DNA of 64,000 nt. It comes from Oceanispirochaeta sp. (lineage in GTDB: Bacteria > Spirochaetota > Spirochaetia > DSM-2461). The position numbers were made by a program, and so were the translations under genes. Shown piece after piece: positions 38,302 to 47,679 of this stretch. Position 1 is the first letter of the stretch; every line of letters begins with the position of its first letter. Where the stretch lies: assembly GCA_963663385.2 (NCBI GenBank), contig CAXXXD010000004.1, forward strand, positions 352,001-416,000, read 5' to 3'. The notes beneath the pieces were generated by a model. The model was not told where the DNA came from, searched no databases, and was given only the letters and a program-made list of their open reading frames with translations.

Positions 38302-40194
38302 ATGGAGCTCCCCGTGGAAAATTCTCTTAACCGCAGAAAATTTATCTTTATGATATTACTGGTAAACTTCCTGTTTCCCCTTGTTTTTGTACAGCTTGCC
38401 CAAAGCCTTCTGCAGATCTATAACCCGGCACTGGAAGGAGGCATCCTTCTCAGGCTGATACGTTCATTCAAACCGACTATCCTGGCCCTTTTTCTGGTTG
38501 CCCTTGGTATTGCCTGTTTTGCGTTGTACAGGATACTCAGCCCCCTAAAAAATTACATTGTCAAAGGAACTGACTATGAGAAAGCCCGGCGGGCGACCCT
38601 TTCCGTACCCTGGGCGCTTCTTGCCGTCCACGGTTCTCTGTGGGTTCTGGCCAATGTCGCTTTTTATATGGCGTATAACTGGGAAACTCCCGGGGGGGTT
38701 CCTTTTTTCTGGAGTCTGAGCCTGAATGTCCTGGCCGGCCTTCTGGGAGCGCTTTTTTCAACCCTGTCCATGAATGTCCTATTTATTCCGGTAAAAAGCC
38801 TGCTGCATATTTCCAGCAGAAATGCCGGGGAAGAGGATTATTTTATTCAGAACAAGAATCTGATTATTATGGGAGTCCTGATTCTCTCAGCAGTCCTCTT
38901 TACCGCTTATGCAGGGCGGTTTTATTCAGTCTCCGATCAGCCTAACGGTTTGTCCTATTCAGGGAGTCTGGTGCTGCTGGTTACGATATTCCTGACAGTG
39001 TCCCTCTGGCTGATTCAGCTGAGCCGTATGGAGGATAAAAAACAGTTGAAACAGCTGACGGGAAAACTGCGGGAACTGAACCGGGACGGAGGAAACCTGG
39101 CAGGCAGTCTGGTACTGATCAACTTTGACAGCACAGGAGAAATCGTCGAAGAGATAAATCACCTGATGGAGAAGCTCCACGGCGCCTTTACGGAAGTAGC
39201 GGAAGCTGCCGGGGATATGCTGATCATTTCGGAAGAGATCGATAGGTCGATTGAATCTGCCAGGGATAAAACGGGCGAAATCCTCAATTCATCCCGTGAA
39301 GTGAACGTTTTTTTAAATGAACAGAAGGATGTTGTGAACCAGACCGGCCGGAAGCTGGGGGAGATGCTTCAGGGGTTTGGCCGGATCTCCGCTTTGATGG
39401 AGGAACACCGGGCTGCTGTCGATACGACCTCTACAACCATTGAGGAGATGACAGCCAATATCAAAAGCGTTAGCGATAATACCGCCCGGTCCCGGGAAAT
39501 TACCGATAAACTGAGTCTGACAATCCGGGAAGGGAGCAGTGCGGTTAACTCTTCCATCTCTTCTATTGAGGAAATCCATTCTACAGCGGAGGAGATGAAC
39601 ACCCTTGTTCATATAATCGGAAAGGTGGCGGCCCAGACAAATATGCTGGCCATGAATGCTGCCATCGAAGCGGCCCATGCCGGCGACAAGGGGCTGGGAT
39701 TTGCGGTTGTAGCCGATGAAGTCAGAAAGCTGGCCGGTTCCAGCTCTGCCAATACGGGAGAAATATCAGGTAATATTCAGGAACTGAATCAAAAAGTGGA
39801 ACAGGGGGTTTCCACTACCAGAGCGGCCGGGGTCATCCTTGAGCAGATTATGGCGGAGATACAGCAGTCGTCCCTTCTTTCAGGAGAGATCGCTTCTGCC
39901 ATGACTCAGCAGAAAAGCGGTACCGAAGAGCTGCTGAATGTGGTATACAATGTTGTTTCCACTTCCAATACCATACAGGGGGAGACCGCCCGGCAGGTAA
40001 AGGACAATTCCCGGCTGAAAGAGAATATTCAGGGGTTTATGGATCAGTGTGCCCGGATTCAGGAGATTACCAACTCCCAGCTGGACTCTAATACGCTTAT
40101 CTATAACTCTCTGGAGAGTCTGAAAAAGCTTTCGGAAAAAGGAAAGCAGCTGGGGGGGAATCTGGAGACTGTCATCTCCGGTTTTTCTCTTTAG
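38302..40194 (+). CDS. Methyl-accepting chemotaxis protein with multi-TM sensor
   Basis: QTNMLAMNAAIEAAHAGDKGLGFAVVADEVRKLA. Confidence 0.94.
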   Translation: MELPVENSLNRRKFIFMILLVNFLFPLVFVQLAQSLLQIYNPALEGGILLRLIRSFKPTILALFLVALGIACFALYRILSPLKNYIVKGTDYEKARRATLSVPWALLAVHGSLWVLANVAFYMAYNWETPGGVPFFWSLSLNVLAGLLGALFSTLSMNVLFIPVKSLLHISSRNAGEEDYFIQNKNLIIMGVLILSAVLFTAYAGRFYSVSDQPNGLSYSGSLVLLVTIFLTVSLWLIQLSRMEDKKQLKQLTGKLRELNRDGGNLAGSLVLINFDSTGEIVEEINHLMEKLHGAFTEVAEAAGDMLIISEEIDRSIESARDKTGEILNSSREVNVFLNEQKDVVNQTGRKLGEMLQGFGRISALMEEHRAAVDTTSTTIEEMTANIKSVSDNTARSREITDKLSLTIREGSSAVNSSISSIEEIHSTAEEMNTLVHIIGKVAAQTNMLAMNAAIEAAHAGDKGLGFAVVADEVRKLAGSSSANTGEISGNIQELNQKVEQGVSTTRAAGVILEQIMAEIQQSSLLSGEIASAMTQQKSGTEELLNVVYNVVSTSNTIQGETARQVKDNSRLKENIQGFMDQCARIQEITNSQLDSNTLIYNSLESLKKLSEKGKQLGGNLETVISGFSL

Positions 40195-40195
40195 T

Positions 40196-40636
40196 TCAGC
40201 AGGCCAGAATCCTGTCTATGGCCGTCTTCCACTCTTCAGGCATAGGGGTGGGGCGGCCTGATTTCAGAGAGACGCAGGCCGCTTTGACTTTCAGTTCCGC
40301 CAGGCACTGGTCTTCCCGCATGACCTTCTGATTGAAAATTACAGTAAACCTTTCCGCCTTAACGACTCTTGTTTCCACAGTAAGCAGATCATCCAGGAAC
40401 CCGGGGCTGTGATAGGCTATTTCCAGACTGCGGATGACAAAGCCGATCCCGTCGGATTTCATTGTTTCAAACTGATTGCCTCCGCATGTGCGGAACATAT
40501 CGCTTCTGCCGTGTTCCGCCATATCCAGGTAGCGGCTGTGATAGATAACACCGCCTGCATCGGTATCGCTGTAATACACCCGTACAGGGAGCCTGTGGAT
40601 TTTATCTTCAATAGAGCCGGATATGCTGCTGTTCAT
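40196..40636 (-). CDS. ybgC: YbgC/FadM-family acyl-CoA thioesterase
   Basis: RVYYSDTDAGGVIYHSRYL. Confidence 0.88.
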   Translation of the reverse strand: MNSSISGSIEDKIHRLPVRVYYSDTDAGGVIYHSRYLDMAEHGRSDMFRTCGGNQFETMKSDGIGFVIRSLEIAYHSPGFLDDLLTVETRVVKAERFTVIFNQKVMREDQCLAELKVKAACVSLKSGRPTPMPEEWKTAIDRILAC

Positions 40637-40707
40637 GGTAATTCCTTGTGCTGCGGCTGTTGATGGCAGCCGTTGATTTCTATATTATGTTCCCTATGAT
40701 TCTTACA

Positions 40708-41340
40708 TTGAAAAAGTTTTTTGTAAATAAAGATAACGATTACGGGAATATGGCTGAGCGGGTCGGAGCCCGGCGGATCTTTCTGGAAAATGTATTGTCC
40801 GGCAAGGTCCCCAATGACGAGTATGGGGTCGATAAGCTCAAAGCTTACTGCGAGTCTCTTATCGAAGGTCAGAGGATGGGGGTTCCCGGTCTGGAGGACG
40901 GTTCCTGGAGTGTTTCTCCCGATCCTTCCGGCGTCAGCGAAGAGGACAAGGTGGATTTTCACTACTTTCCCACCTATGTGGCCCTTTCCATGCTTCTCGC
41001 CTGTTCAAAAAAGTTTCCCCGGGAGATCGGGTCCCTTCCTGGACTGGAAGAAGCGCTGCACAGGGGCTTCCGTTTTGCCATTACCGGCAATCTGGACGGC
41101 TTTGGTTTTAACAACCTCTTTCAGCAGGTTGAATCCATTCTGATTCTCGGATCCGGCGGCTGTCCCGGATGGCTTGCCGAAAATCCCGAGGTCTGTCCCG
41201 CCTTGAATAAGCGGCTGAAGGAACTGGGGAATGAATTCAGGGCGCGTCTTGAAACAGGGGATACAGTTCTTTCCTTCGGGGGAGATTATAAAACCCAGTT
41301 TACCCTGGCTGTTAAACTCCTTCAGCCCCTGATCGGCTGA
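40708..41340 (+). CDS. Hypothetical protein (start uncertain; TTG after a -10 box)
   Basis: Protein-like ORF (DGSW, VDFHYFPTY); TTGATT-16-TATGAT 7 nt upstream. Confidence 0.6.
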   Translation: MKKFFVNKDNDYGNMAERVGARRIFLENVLSGKVPNDEYGVDKLKAYCESLIEGQRMGVPGLEDGSWSVSPDPSGVSEEDKVDFHYFPTYVALSMLLACSKKFPREIGSLPGLEEALHRGFRFAITGNLDGFGFNNLFQQVESILILGSGGCPGWLAENPEVCPALNKRLKELGNEFRARLETGDTVLSFGGDYKTQFTLAVKLLQPLIG

Positions 41341-41418
41341 CAGAGTGATCCGGCCTGTCCGGATTATTTAAAAATAAATAATTGATTTCTTATTTCTCTC
41401 CGGGGCATAATGGTTCTC

Positions 41419-42009
41419 ATGGCTGCGAAAAGAAAAAAGAAACCGGACTCATCCCTTATTCCCCTTGTTTCAGTACTTGTCATCTGTCTGATTCTTGTTG
41501 CATCTGCCCTGGCCTTCCGGCAGAGGCAGATGCGTTACCGGGAGCAGGCCCTTTATAACGAGCTGACGCAAATCCGGGAACTGATAACCAACCGTCAGGT
41601 ATACAGGAGCGTCTTCTTCTCTCAGATCAGGGACAACTTTATCCAGGAGAGAGCGCTCCTCTTTACAGCGGACTTTCATGTTTCTGCAGGAGTGGATCTG
41701 GCTCGCGGTTTTTCCCTTCAGACAGATGGCAGTACTGCTGTTCTTCAGCTCCCTGCCGCGGGGATTCTCTCTATTGATGCGGATGATACCTCCATTGAAG
41801 AAGTATTTGTCAAAGAGCGGTTCTCCTCTGTTACGACAGGGGATTACCTGCCCCTTCTGGGCGAAGAGAAAGAGAATATCCGCAGGACTGCCGAAGAGAG
41901 CGGACTGGAAAGGGATGCGGAACGGCGGGCGGAGCTGATCTTCCGGGGTATATTGAAAATGGCCGGTTATGACAGAATAACTGTCAGTTTCCGCAGGGAG
42001 GTTCTGTGA
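41419..42009 (+). CDS. DUF4230-family membrane-anchored protein
   Basis: N-terminal TM; VSAGVDL, LQLP. Confidence 0.7.
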   Translation: MAAKRKKKPDSSLIPLVSVLVICLILVASALAFRQRQMRYREQALYNELTQIRELITNRQVYRSVFFSQIRDNFIQERALLFTADFHVSAGVDLARGFSLQTDGSTAVLQLPAAGILSIDADDTSIEEVFVKERFSSVTTGDYLPLLGEEKENIRRTAEESGLERDAERRAELIFRGILKMAGYDRITVSFRREVL

Positions 42010-42761
42010 AACATCTCCTGCTGCCCCTGATTATCCTTCTCTGTGTAACAGGAGCCATTCTGCTGGCAATACCTCTGGTTCCTTTTACTCTCCCCTGGGA
42101 ACCTTCCCGTATTACATCGGTTTATACCACTCTTGAAGAGTCTGCCTCCGAGTCCCTGCTGAATACGGCGGAGTTCAGTCTGAAAGTCCTCTACCCTTAT
42201 GACTTTATTGATGCGGGGGATGAGGTCCCCTGGAAAACGCTCCAGAGGCATTACAATTACCATAGGGACGACTACCTGACGAGAGAGTCCCGTGAGTTTT
42301 ATCCCGAAGGGATTATTCCCGAGGCATGGCAGTATGCCTCCCTTTACCGTATGTGCCGGGAGTGCGGGCTTGATCCTGCCGCTGATCCCCTCTCCTTTGT
42401 TGTTATTGAAGCCCGGCTGAAAGCCGGTATCAACCTTCGGTTTCAGGAGGACGGGTCAATCGAAGGAGCGCTCCATCTGCACGGGTCCAATGAAAAAAAA
42501 CTTGATATCACACTGCCGGCCGTACAGATTACTGATATAATTATAGTAGATCGTCCGGTACAGATATACGGGTATCCGGAAGTCAGGATCAGTCCGGGAC
42601 AATGGAAAAACCTGATAGAGGCACTGATCCCGGATATAAAAGAGCTGGCCTGTGAAAGGGGGTTGCTTGATGAAGCGGCCAGAGGCGCCGCACTGTTGCT
42701 GACGGATTTATTTGAAGGAGCCGGTTTTGAAGTTAATGATATACAATTTAAGGAGCATTAG
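42006..42761 (+). CDS. DUF4230-like protein (GTG start, overlaps previous stop)
   Basis: LKAGINL, ITLP, GLLDEA. Confidence 0.6.
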   Translation: MKHLLLPLIILLCVTGAILLAIPLVPFTLPWEPSRITSVYTTLEESASESLLNTAEFSLKVLYPYDFIDAGDEVPWKTLQRHYNYHRDDYLTRESREFYPEGIIPEAWQYASLYRMCRECGLDPAADPLSFVVIEARLKAGINLRFQEDGSIEGALHLHGSNEKKLDITLPAVQITDIIIVDRPVQIYGYPEVRISPGQWKNLIEALIPDIKELACERGLLDEAARGAALLLTDLFEGAGFEVNDIQFKEH

Positions 42762-43347
42762 GCCCATTCTGTTTTTCTGCCTTTTCCCCCTCTTCTGGGG
42801 TGATGCTCTTCTGTATGGAGAAAACCGGGGATCCGCTGAATCGGTAACTATCTATGATGATTTTGATGACGGCCGGTTCGGACGGTCCGAGTACAGGAGT
42901 ATCCTGCGAACGGTGAAACTCAGCGCTTTTGAACGTTCTGTAACCCTGCCCGTTTACTCTCCCGCCACGGAGGAGGAAAGCTGCCTTACGGCTGTTATTG
43001 TTTCTGCCGATCGTTATGATAAAATGCAGGCTCTGGCCGATGAGTCAGGCATCATTGAATTCCGTCAGGACGGACTGGTTTTCAGCTACTCTCTGGAAAA
43101 AGCGGAGGAGTCTCTTCTTTCTGTTCTGGAAGAGTACTACAGCGGTCCCTGGGCGGACTGGTATCAGCCTGTCCGGGAATATTACCTGGAGAATTACGTC
43201 ATCCGAATCCATTCGGCCGAAAATATATTTGAACCCTGGAACAGCACAATCTCCTACTCGGAAGCTCTTTTAATGGCAACCCTGATAGGGGACCGGGATC
43301 AGTGGTTATGGGGAATCCATGACGGTCTGAATCTGGAAATTCCCTGA
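42736..43347 (+). CDS. Hypothetical secreted protein
   Basis: Signal-peptide-like N-terminus; operon continuity. Confidence 0.55.
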   Translation: MIYNLRSIRPILFFCLFPLFWGDALLYGENRGSAESVTIYDDFDDGRFGRSEYRSILRTVKLSAFERSVTLPVYSPATEEESCLTAVIVSADRYDKMQALADESGIIEFRQDGLVFSYSLEKAEESLLSVLEEYYSGPWADWYQPVREYYLENYVIRIHSAENIFEPWNSTISYSEALLMATLIGDRDQWLWGIHDGLNLEIP

Positions 43348-43420
43348 TTTACGGTTATTCCGGTTGCTATTTCTCCTTTGAAGCGATATATTCTAACCGG
43401 TTTTGCAGTGAGGGTAGTAT

Positions 43421-43750
43421 ATGAAAAGTACAGACATTGCCAGAAAAGACCGGGATTTAAGAAAAGCTAGAAAAAAAGAAGAAATCCTGGCCAGAAAGGG
43501 TACAAGGGATGCACGCAGCGTTGGGGATTATATTAACGAATTGGCAGATCTATTCTTCCACGACGGGAATAAAATCTATAACATTGAAAGCAGTGAAGAG
43601 ATCCTTTTGCTCCTGGAAGAGATGAAGGAAGAAATTCCGGAAAAGCAGTGGAACAATGTTCTGCGGAAATCCATTAAAAAGACCAAGGTCTCCGAAAAAG
43701 ACGCCGCACTTGAACAGTTGAGAGGCATGGGAGAAATCGATCCGGATTAA
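43421..43750 (+). CDS. Hypothetical protein, 109 aa
   Basis: Own promoter TTGCTA-17-TATATT and GAGG SD. Confidence 0.7.
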   Translation: MKSTDIARKDRDLRKARKKEEILARKGTRDARSVGDYINELADLFFHDGNKIYNIESSEEILLLLEEMKEEIPEKQWNNVLRKSIKKTKVSEKDAALEQLRGMGEIDPD

Positions 43751-43756
43751 CTTCAT

Positions 43757-44095
43757 TCAGGGATAGAGATCATCATCCCTTCTATCGGGAATGGAGTTCA
43801 GCTCCCTTCCATCTGCGGCAGCTTCTTTTGAGACAAAAAGGCCGCAATAACACTGACCGTATTGTTTTATATCGGGTTTACAGTAATCACAGGGACAGCA
43901 TATGTCCCTGTCTTTTTTTCTGTCGTCCCATGCTTCACGGCAGGGGCAGCAGAAGTATCCGTATGCATTGAAGTTCTCCATCAGACCGGAGGCCACTTCC
44001 TTAACCTGTTCCCTCTCGGGGTTGAGCGTCAGATCCTGTTTTTCCGATACCGCTTCGATGAAGTCCATTACATCCTGAAAGTTTTTCTCCTTCAT
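43757..44095 (-). CDS. Ferredoxin:thioredoxin reductase catalytic subunit
   Basis: CPCR, ICCPC, GQCYCGLF. Confidence 0.92.
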   Translation of the reverse strand: MKEKNFQDVMDFIEAVSEKQDLTLNPEREQVKEVASGLMENFNAYGYFCCPCREAWDDRKKDRDICCPCDYCKPDIKQYGQCYCGLFVSKEAAADGRELNSIPDRRDDDLYP

Positions 44096-44097
44096 AA

Positions 44098-44397
44098 TCA
44101 GTCCAGAAGTTCCTTTTCCCAGGCGATACGGATAAAACCTGTCAGAATCTCATCATCATCGATCATAAGAGTCGGGTAGGTCAGCCTTTTGCCGTAGCGT
44201 TCCGAAAAAGCCGTTTTAAATTCTTTCTTCACAAGCGGATCGATTTTATCCATGTAGGTAAATTCGTAGCGGAAATCATTCTCATCCAGAAAGGCTTTGG
44301 CCTTTTTACAGAACCCGCAGGTTGTCAGAGCAAGGAGGTTCAGCTTTCTATCGGACCTGCTTCCTTCTTTCAGTTCAAATTCTATTGTATTGAGCAT
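44098..44397 (-). CDS. Glutaredoxin-like protein
   Basis: LTTCGFCKKAK, TYPTL, GF. Confidence 0.9.
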   Translation of the reverse strand: MLNTIEFELKEGSRSDRKLNLLALTTCGFCKKAKAFLDENDFRYEFTYMDKIDPLVKKEFKTAFSERYGKRLTYPTLMIDDDEILTGFIRIAWEKELLD

Positions 44398-44491
44398 AAA
44401 ATTCTCCTACATTCCTTACTGAATATATATTATATTGTAGACGTTCTGGCTAGAATGTACAGAAAAACAAAGGACGAAATAGAAGATTTTC

Positions 44492-45151
44492 TCAGGCGAA
44501 CAGAAACTGCCTGAAATCTTCAATTGTCGGGTGATAGCTGTCGCAGCGGGATTCCATATACTTTCTGATTACAGGAATATTATGGCCCCAACCCGCCCCG
44601 GCAATGGCCACACCGCTTCTCCGGCTCATCTCTACGGCAGGTTTCAGATCGTCTATAATCAGGGCCTGTTCCGGAGTCAGATTGTAGGCTGACAGGATCT
44701 GCTGCACCGGATAGGGGTTTGGTTTTCTCTTCTCCTTATCAAAATCCCATCCGAATACCATCTCCGGCAGGTGAGCTGCTCCGGCATGGGCGTAATCCCT
44801 TCTTATCAATTCTTCAATCGAGTGTGACACTACCGTAATGATGCCGCCTCTGGATTTGAACTCGTTGAGGACATCCAGGAATCCCGGGAAAAAACGGGGG
44901 ATCCTATCCGCTGCATATTCCTGCCAGATCCGGTACTCCTCATTCACTTCCTCCGGAGTGAATCCCAGTTCCTGTGTCATATATTCCATAATCCCCGGTG
45001 AAAAATTTTTGACTATCCATTCCTCCAGAGTACCCGGATCACAATTCGGCCTGAGTTGACGCATTACTTCCAGGTGGGCCGGATAATGGATCTCCGGAGT
45101 GCTCATTACAGATGTATCATCATGGTCCAGTATCAGGCACTGGTATTTCAT
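44492..45151 (-). CDS. HAD-superfamily hydrolase
   Basis: LDHDDT, KPNP, IDD, GWG. Confidence 0.88.
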   Translation of the reverse strand: MKYQCLILDHDDTSVMSTPEIHYPAHLEVMRQLRPNCDPGTLEEWIVKNFSPGIMEYMTQELGFTPEEVNEEYRIWQEYAADRIPRFFPGFLDVLNEFKSRGGIITVVSHSIEELIRRDYAHAGAAHLPEMVFGWDFDKEKRKPNPYPVQQILSAYNLTPEQALIIDDLKPAVEMSRRSGVAIAGAGWGHNIPVIRKYMESRCDSYHPTIEDFRQFLFA

Positions 45152-46376
45152 TCAGTCTCCTCCGGGGCTGTCGAATCCTCCAGCAATCCCTGTTCCGTTG
45201 TTTTGTTATTATCGAAAAGTCCGGTGAAACGGCTTCCGTCAGCCCAGGTAAACACCCCTATCCCATGCATTCTGCCGTTTCGGAAACTCCCCCGGTAGTG
45301 ACTGCCGTCGGTCCAGAGGCACTCTCCTTCTCCATGGGGCTGATTGTCTTTAAAACTTCCCCTGTAATGCCGGCCGTCAGCTGTAATGAGGTCTCCCATA
45401 CCGTTCATCAGTCCCCGGGAGAACTCCCCCTTATACAGAGATCCGTCACTCCCTTCGAAGATACCGTACCCCCCGGGCCGGTCCTTTTCATCAACCTTCC
45501 CCCTGTACCGGCCGTTTGCAAAACGGATGTCAAGCACGTTCTCTTCGGACGGAAGTTCTTCCTGATCCTGTGATCCGGCCGGTTCGTCATCACTCTCCGA
45601 ATCCGTGCTGATCGAGTCTTCTGTCAGGGGAGCGGCCTCCGATTGTCCGGGCAGATCTGCTTCCGTAACAGCGGTGAGGGATATCCCTCTGTAAACCGCT
45701 TCGACAGGGAGGAGTTCTTCATTCCTGTCTTTTACAAAGCGGACCCTTTTCAGCCAGTCCTCCCGGTGAAAAACCGGGTATTGGAAAAAGTTATGTTCCA
45801 GAACCATACTGTTCTGATTTATGATTTTCTCTTCTGCTATCAGGCCTTTTTCATTTCGCTTGTACCGGCAGCTCCGGAGCAGGTTCCCTTCGGGGTCCCG
45901 TATCTCTGCTTGAATCAGACGGTCCTGTTCGTCATAATTAAAGGAGGTAACGCTTTCCTGCATCCCGTTTATACAGGTTGTTACGTAATCAACCAGTCCC
46001 CGCTTGTTATAACAGTACTCTTTCCTTTCCGTTCCGTTATCTTCGCAGAGTTTCCTGTCCAGGTCGTAGCGTATCAAGGTTTCTTTTACGGCTGTCCTTC
46101 CCGGCCCAGGCGGGTTTCTTTTTCGCACAAACCTTCGGCATTATATTCAAACAGGATAGTTTCATTTCTTTCCTGTTTTTTCTGCAGCCTGTTCTGCTCG
46201 TCGAAGTATGCCGTCGCGATAAGCAGACGCTGTTCCTCTTCTCCGGGAAGAATGGTGTCCAGACGGACCGATTCCAGAGTGAGGGAGCGTATTCTTCCCT
46301 TAAAAGAAAACTCTTCCATCCCCGAATTATGGATGGAAACGGTAAAAGATGCAATCTTTCTAGAGAGTATGCGCAT
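45148..46376 (-). pseudogene. YD-like + MORN-repeat protein interrupted by a -1 frameshift near 46088
   Basis: 5' ORF ends GREGQP*, 3' ORF continues AVKETLIRYD; C-terminal YxGxFxxGxxxGxG MORN repeats. Confidence 0.7.
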
Positions 46377-46419
46377 TATGTGTTATAAATAAACTATTAC
46401 CTTTTAAAAGGCGAATTTA

Positions 46420-47676
46420 ATGAAAAAAGTATTGGTAATTGACGATTCTCCCATGTACAGGGACTTTATGCAGAAACAGCTGGACTCATACGGCTTTGAG
46501 GTCACTCCCGCCATTAATGGTCTGGACGGTATTTCTAAAATTCGTGGTATAATCCCCGATGTCATCATTATGGACTATATGCTGTCCCGCAAAAGCAGCA
46601 TGGATGTTCTCAGGGATAAGCTTAAGGATCCTAATGCCAAGGATATTCCTGTCATTATGGCTTCGTCCAATGTGGACAGACAGAAGATCATGGAGGTGGC
46701 ACCCTACGGCGTCAGGAAGTTTCTGAACAAGCCGATTAAAATCGATGCGCTATTATCGGCCCTGTCGGAGCTGCTGGGTGTCGAGATCAAAGTGGATGAT
46801 ACGCCCTGTCTGCTGGATGCCCACCTGAATGATCAGATCCTTTTTATTGAAATAGCCCGAGGATTTAATAAGGAGAAAATCAATCTCCTCCAGTATAAAA
46901 TCGCGGAGCTGCTGAAGCTGTATAAAGTCCAGTATCCGAGGATCCTGATCCTGATGACGGATATCTCCCTCCGTTCAGAGGATGAACCCAAGCTGGAGCG
47001 GCTTCTGGAGGAAGTCGAGAAATTTGTCAGCACCCTGACTCAGGTTAAAATCCTGACCCTTGATGATAATATTAAAAACTTTGTGAAGTACCATCCCGTA
47101 TATAAAACGGTTGAAATTGTCCGGTCCCTGGATAAAGCAGTCAGCGGGCTTCTTGGTGTAAAGGGTATGGAATCCATGACTTCCGAGCAGGACAATGTTC
47201 AGGACTCTCTTCTCTCTTCCAACATGGAAATGAGGAGCAACGAAGCTTTTCAGTTGAATTTTCAGGATGAATCAATCAATCTCAGGAGTGGTCTCCTTAA
47301 CCGGACGCTCTCTATTGCTGTAGTGGATGATGACTTTATTGTTCATAAAATTATTGCCAAGGCGGTGGAAAAGACAAAATGGCAGGTGGATTACTACCCT
47401 GACGGCAGTTCTTTCCTGAAGGCCCAGAGCGGAAAAGAATACGGAATGCTCCTGCTGGATTTGATGATGCCCGGTATGGACGGATTTCAGGTACTGGAAG
47501 AGCTGAAGAATCGGGGAGTCGATTTCCCTGTGGTTATTCTATCTGCCATGTCAAAAAAGGAGAGCGTATTAAAGGCAAAAGAATCCGGGGTGGACAGCTA
47601 TATCATTAAGCCTTTGAAACCGGAGAGCATCATTGCAAAAATCATGGATGTGATGCTTCGGAAGTTGTCGGAGTAG
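46420..47676 (+). CDS. Response regulator with two REC domains flanking a STAS-like domain
   Basis: IDDS/MDYML/KP and VDDD/LDLMMP/KP; no DNA-binding domain. Confidence 0.85.
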   Translation: MKKVLVIDDSPMYRDFMQKQLDSYGFEVTPAINGLDGISKIRGIIPDVIIMDYMLSRKSSMDVLRDKLKDPNAKDIPVIMASSNVDRQKIMEVAPYGVRKFLNKPIKIDALLSALSELLGVEIKVDDTPCLLDAHLNDQILFIEIARGFNKEKINLLQYKIAELLKLYKVQYPRILILMTDISLRSEDEPKLERLLEEVEKFVSTLTQVKILTLDDNIKNFVKYHPVYKTVEIVRSLDKAVSGLLGVKGMESMTSEQDNVQDSLLSSNMEMRSNEAFQLNFQDESINLRSGLLNRTLSIAVVDDDFIVHKIIAKAVEKTKWQVDYYPDGSSFLKAQSGKEYGMLLLDLMMPGMDGFQVLEELKNRGVDFPVVILSAMSKKESVLKAKESGVDSYIIKPLKPESIIAKIMDVMLRKLSE

Positions 47677-47679
47677 TCT

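Noticed and set aside
9603..44397. Selenocysteine recoding in hydrogenase, thioredoxin or FTR genes
   Set aside because: All expected Cys motifs are complete; no in-frame TGA at catalytic positions
45600..46376. Rhs/YD toxin system
   Set aside because: Only a few YD-like repeats; no RHS core, toxin tip or immunity gene
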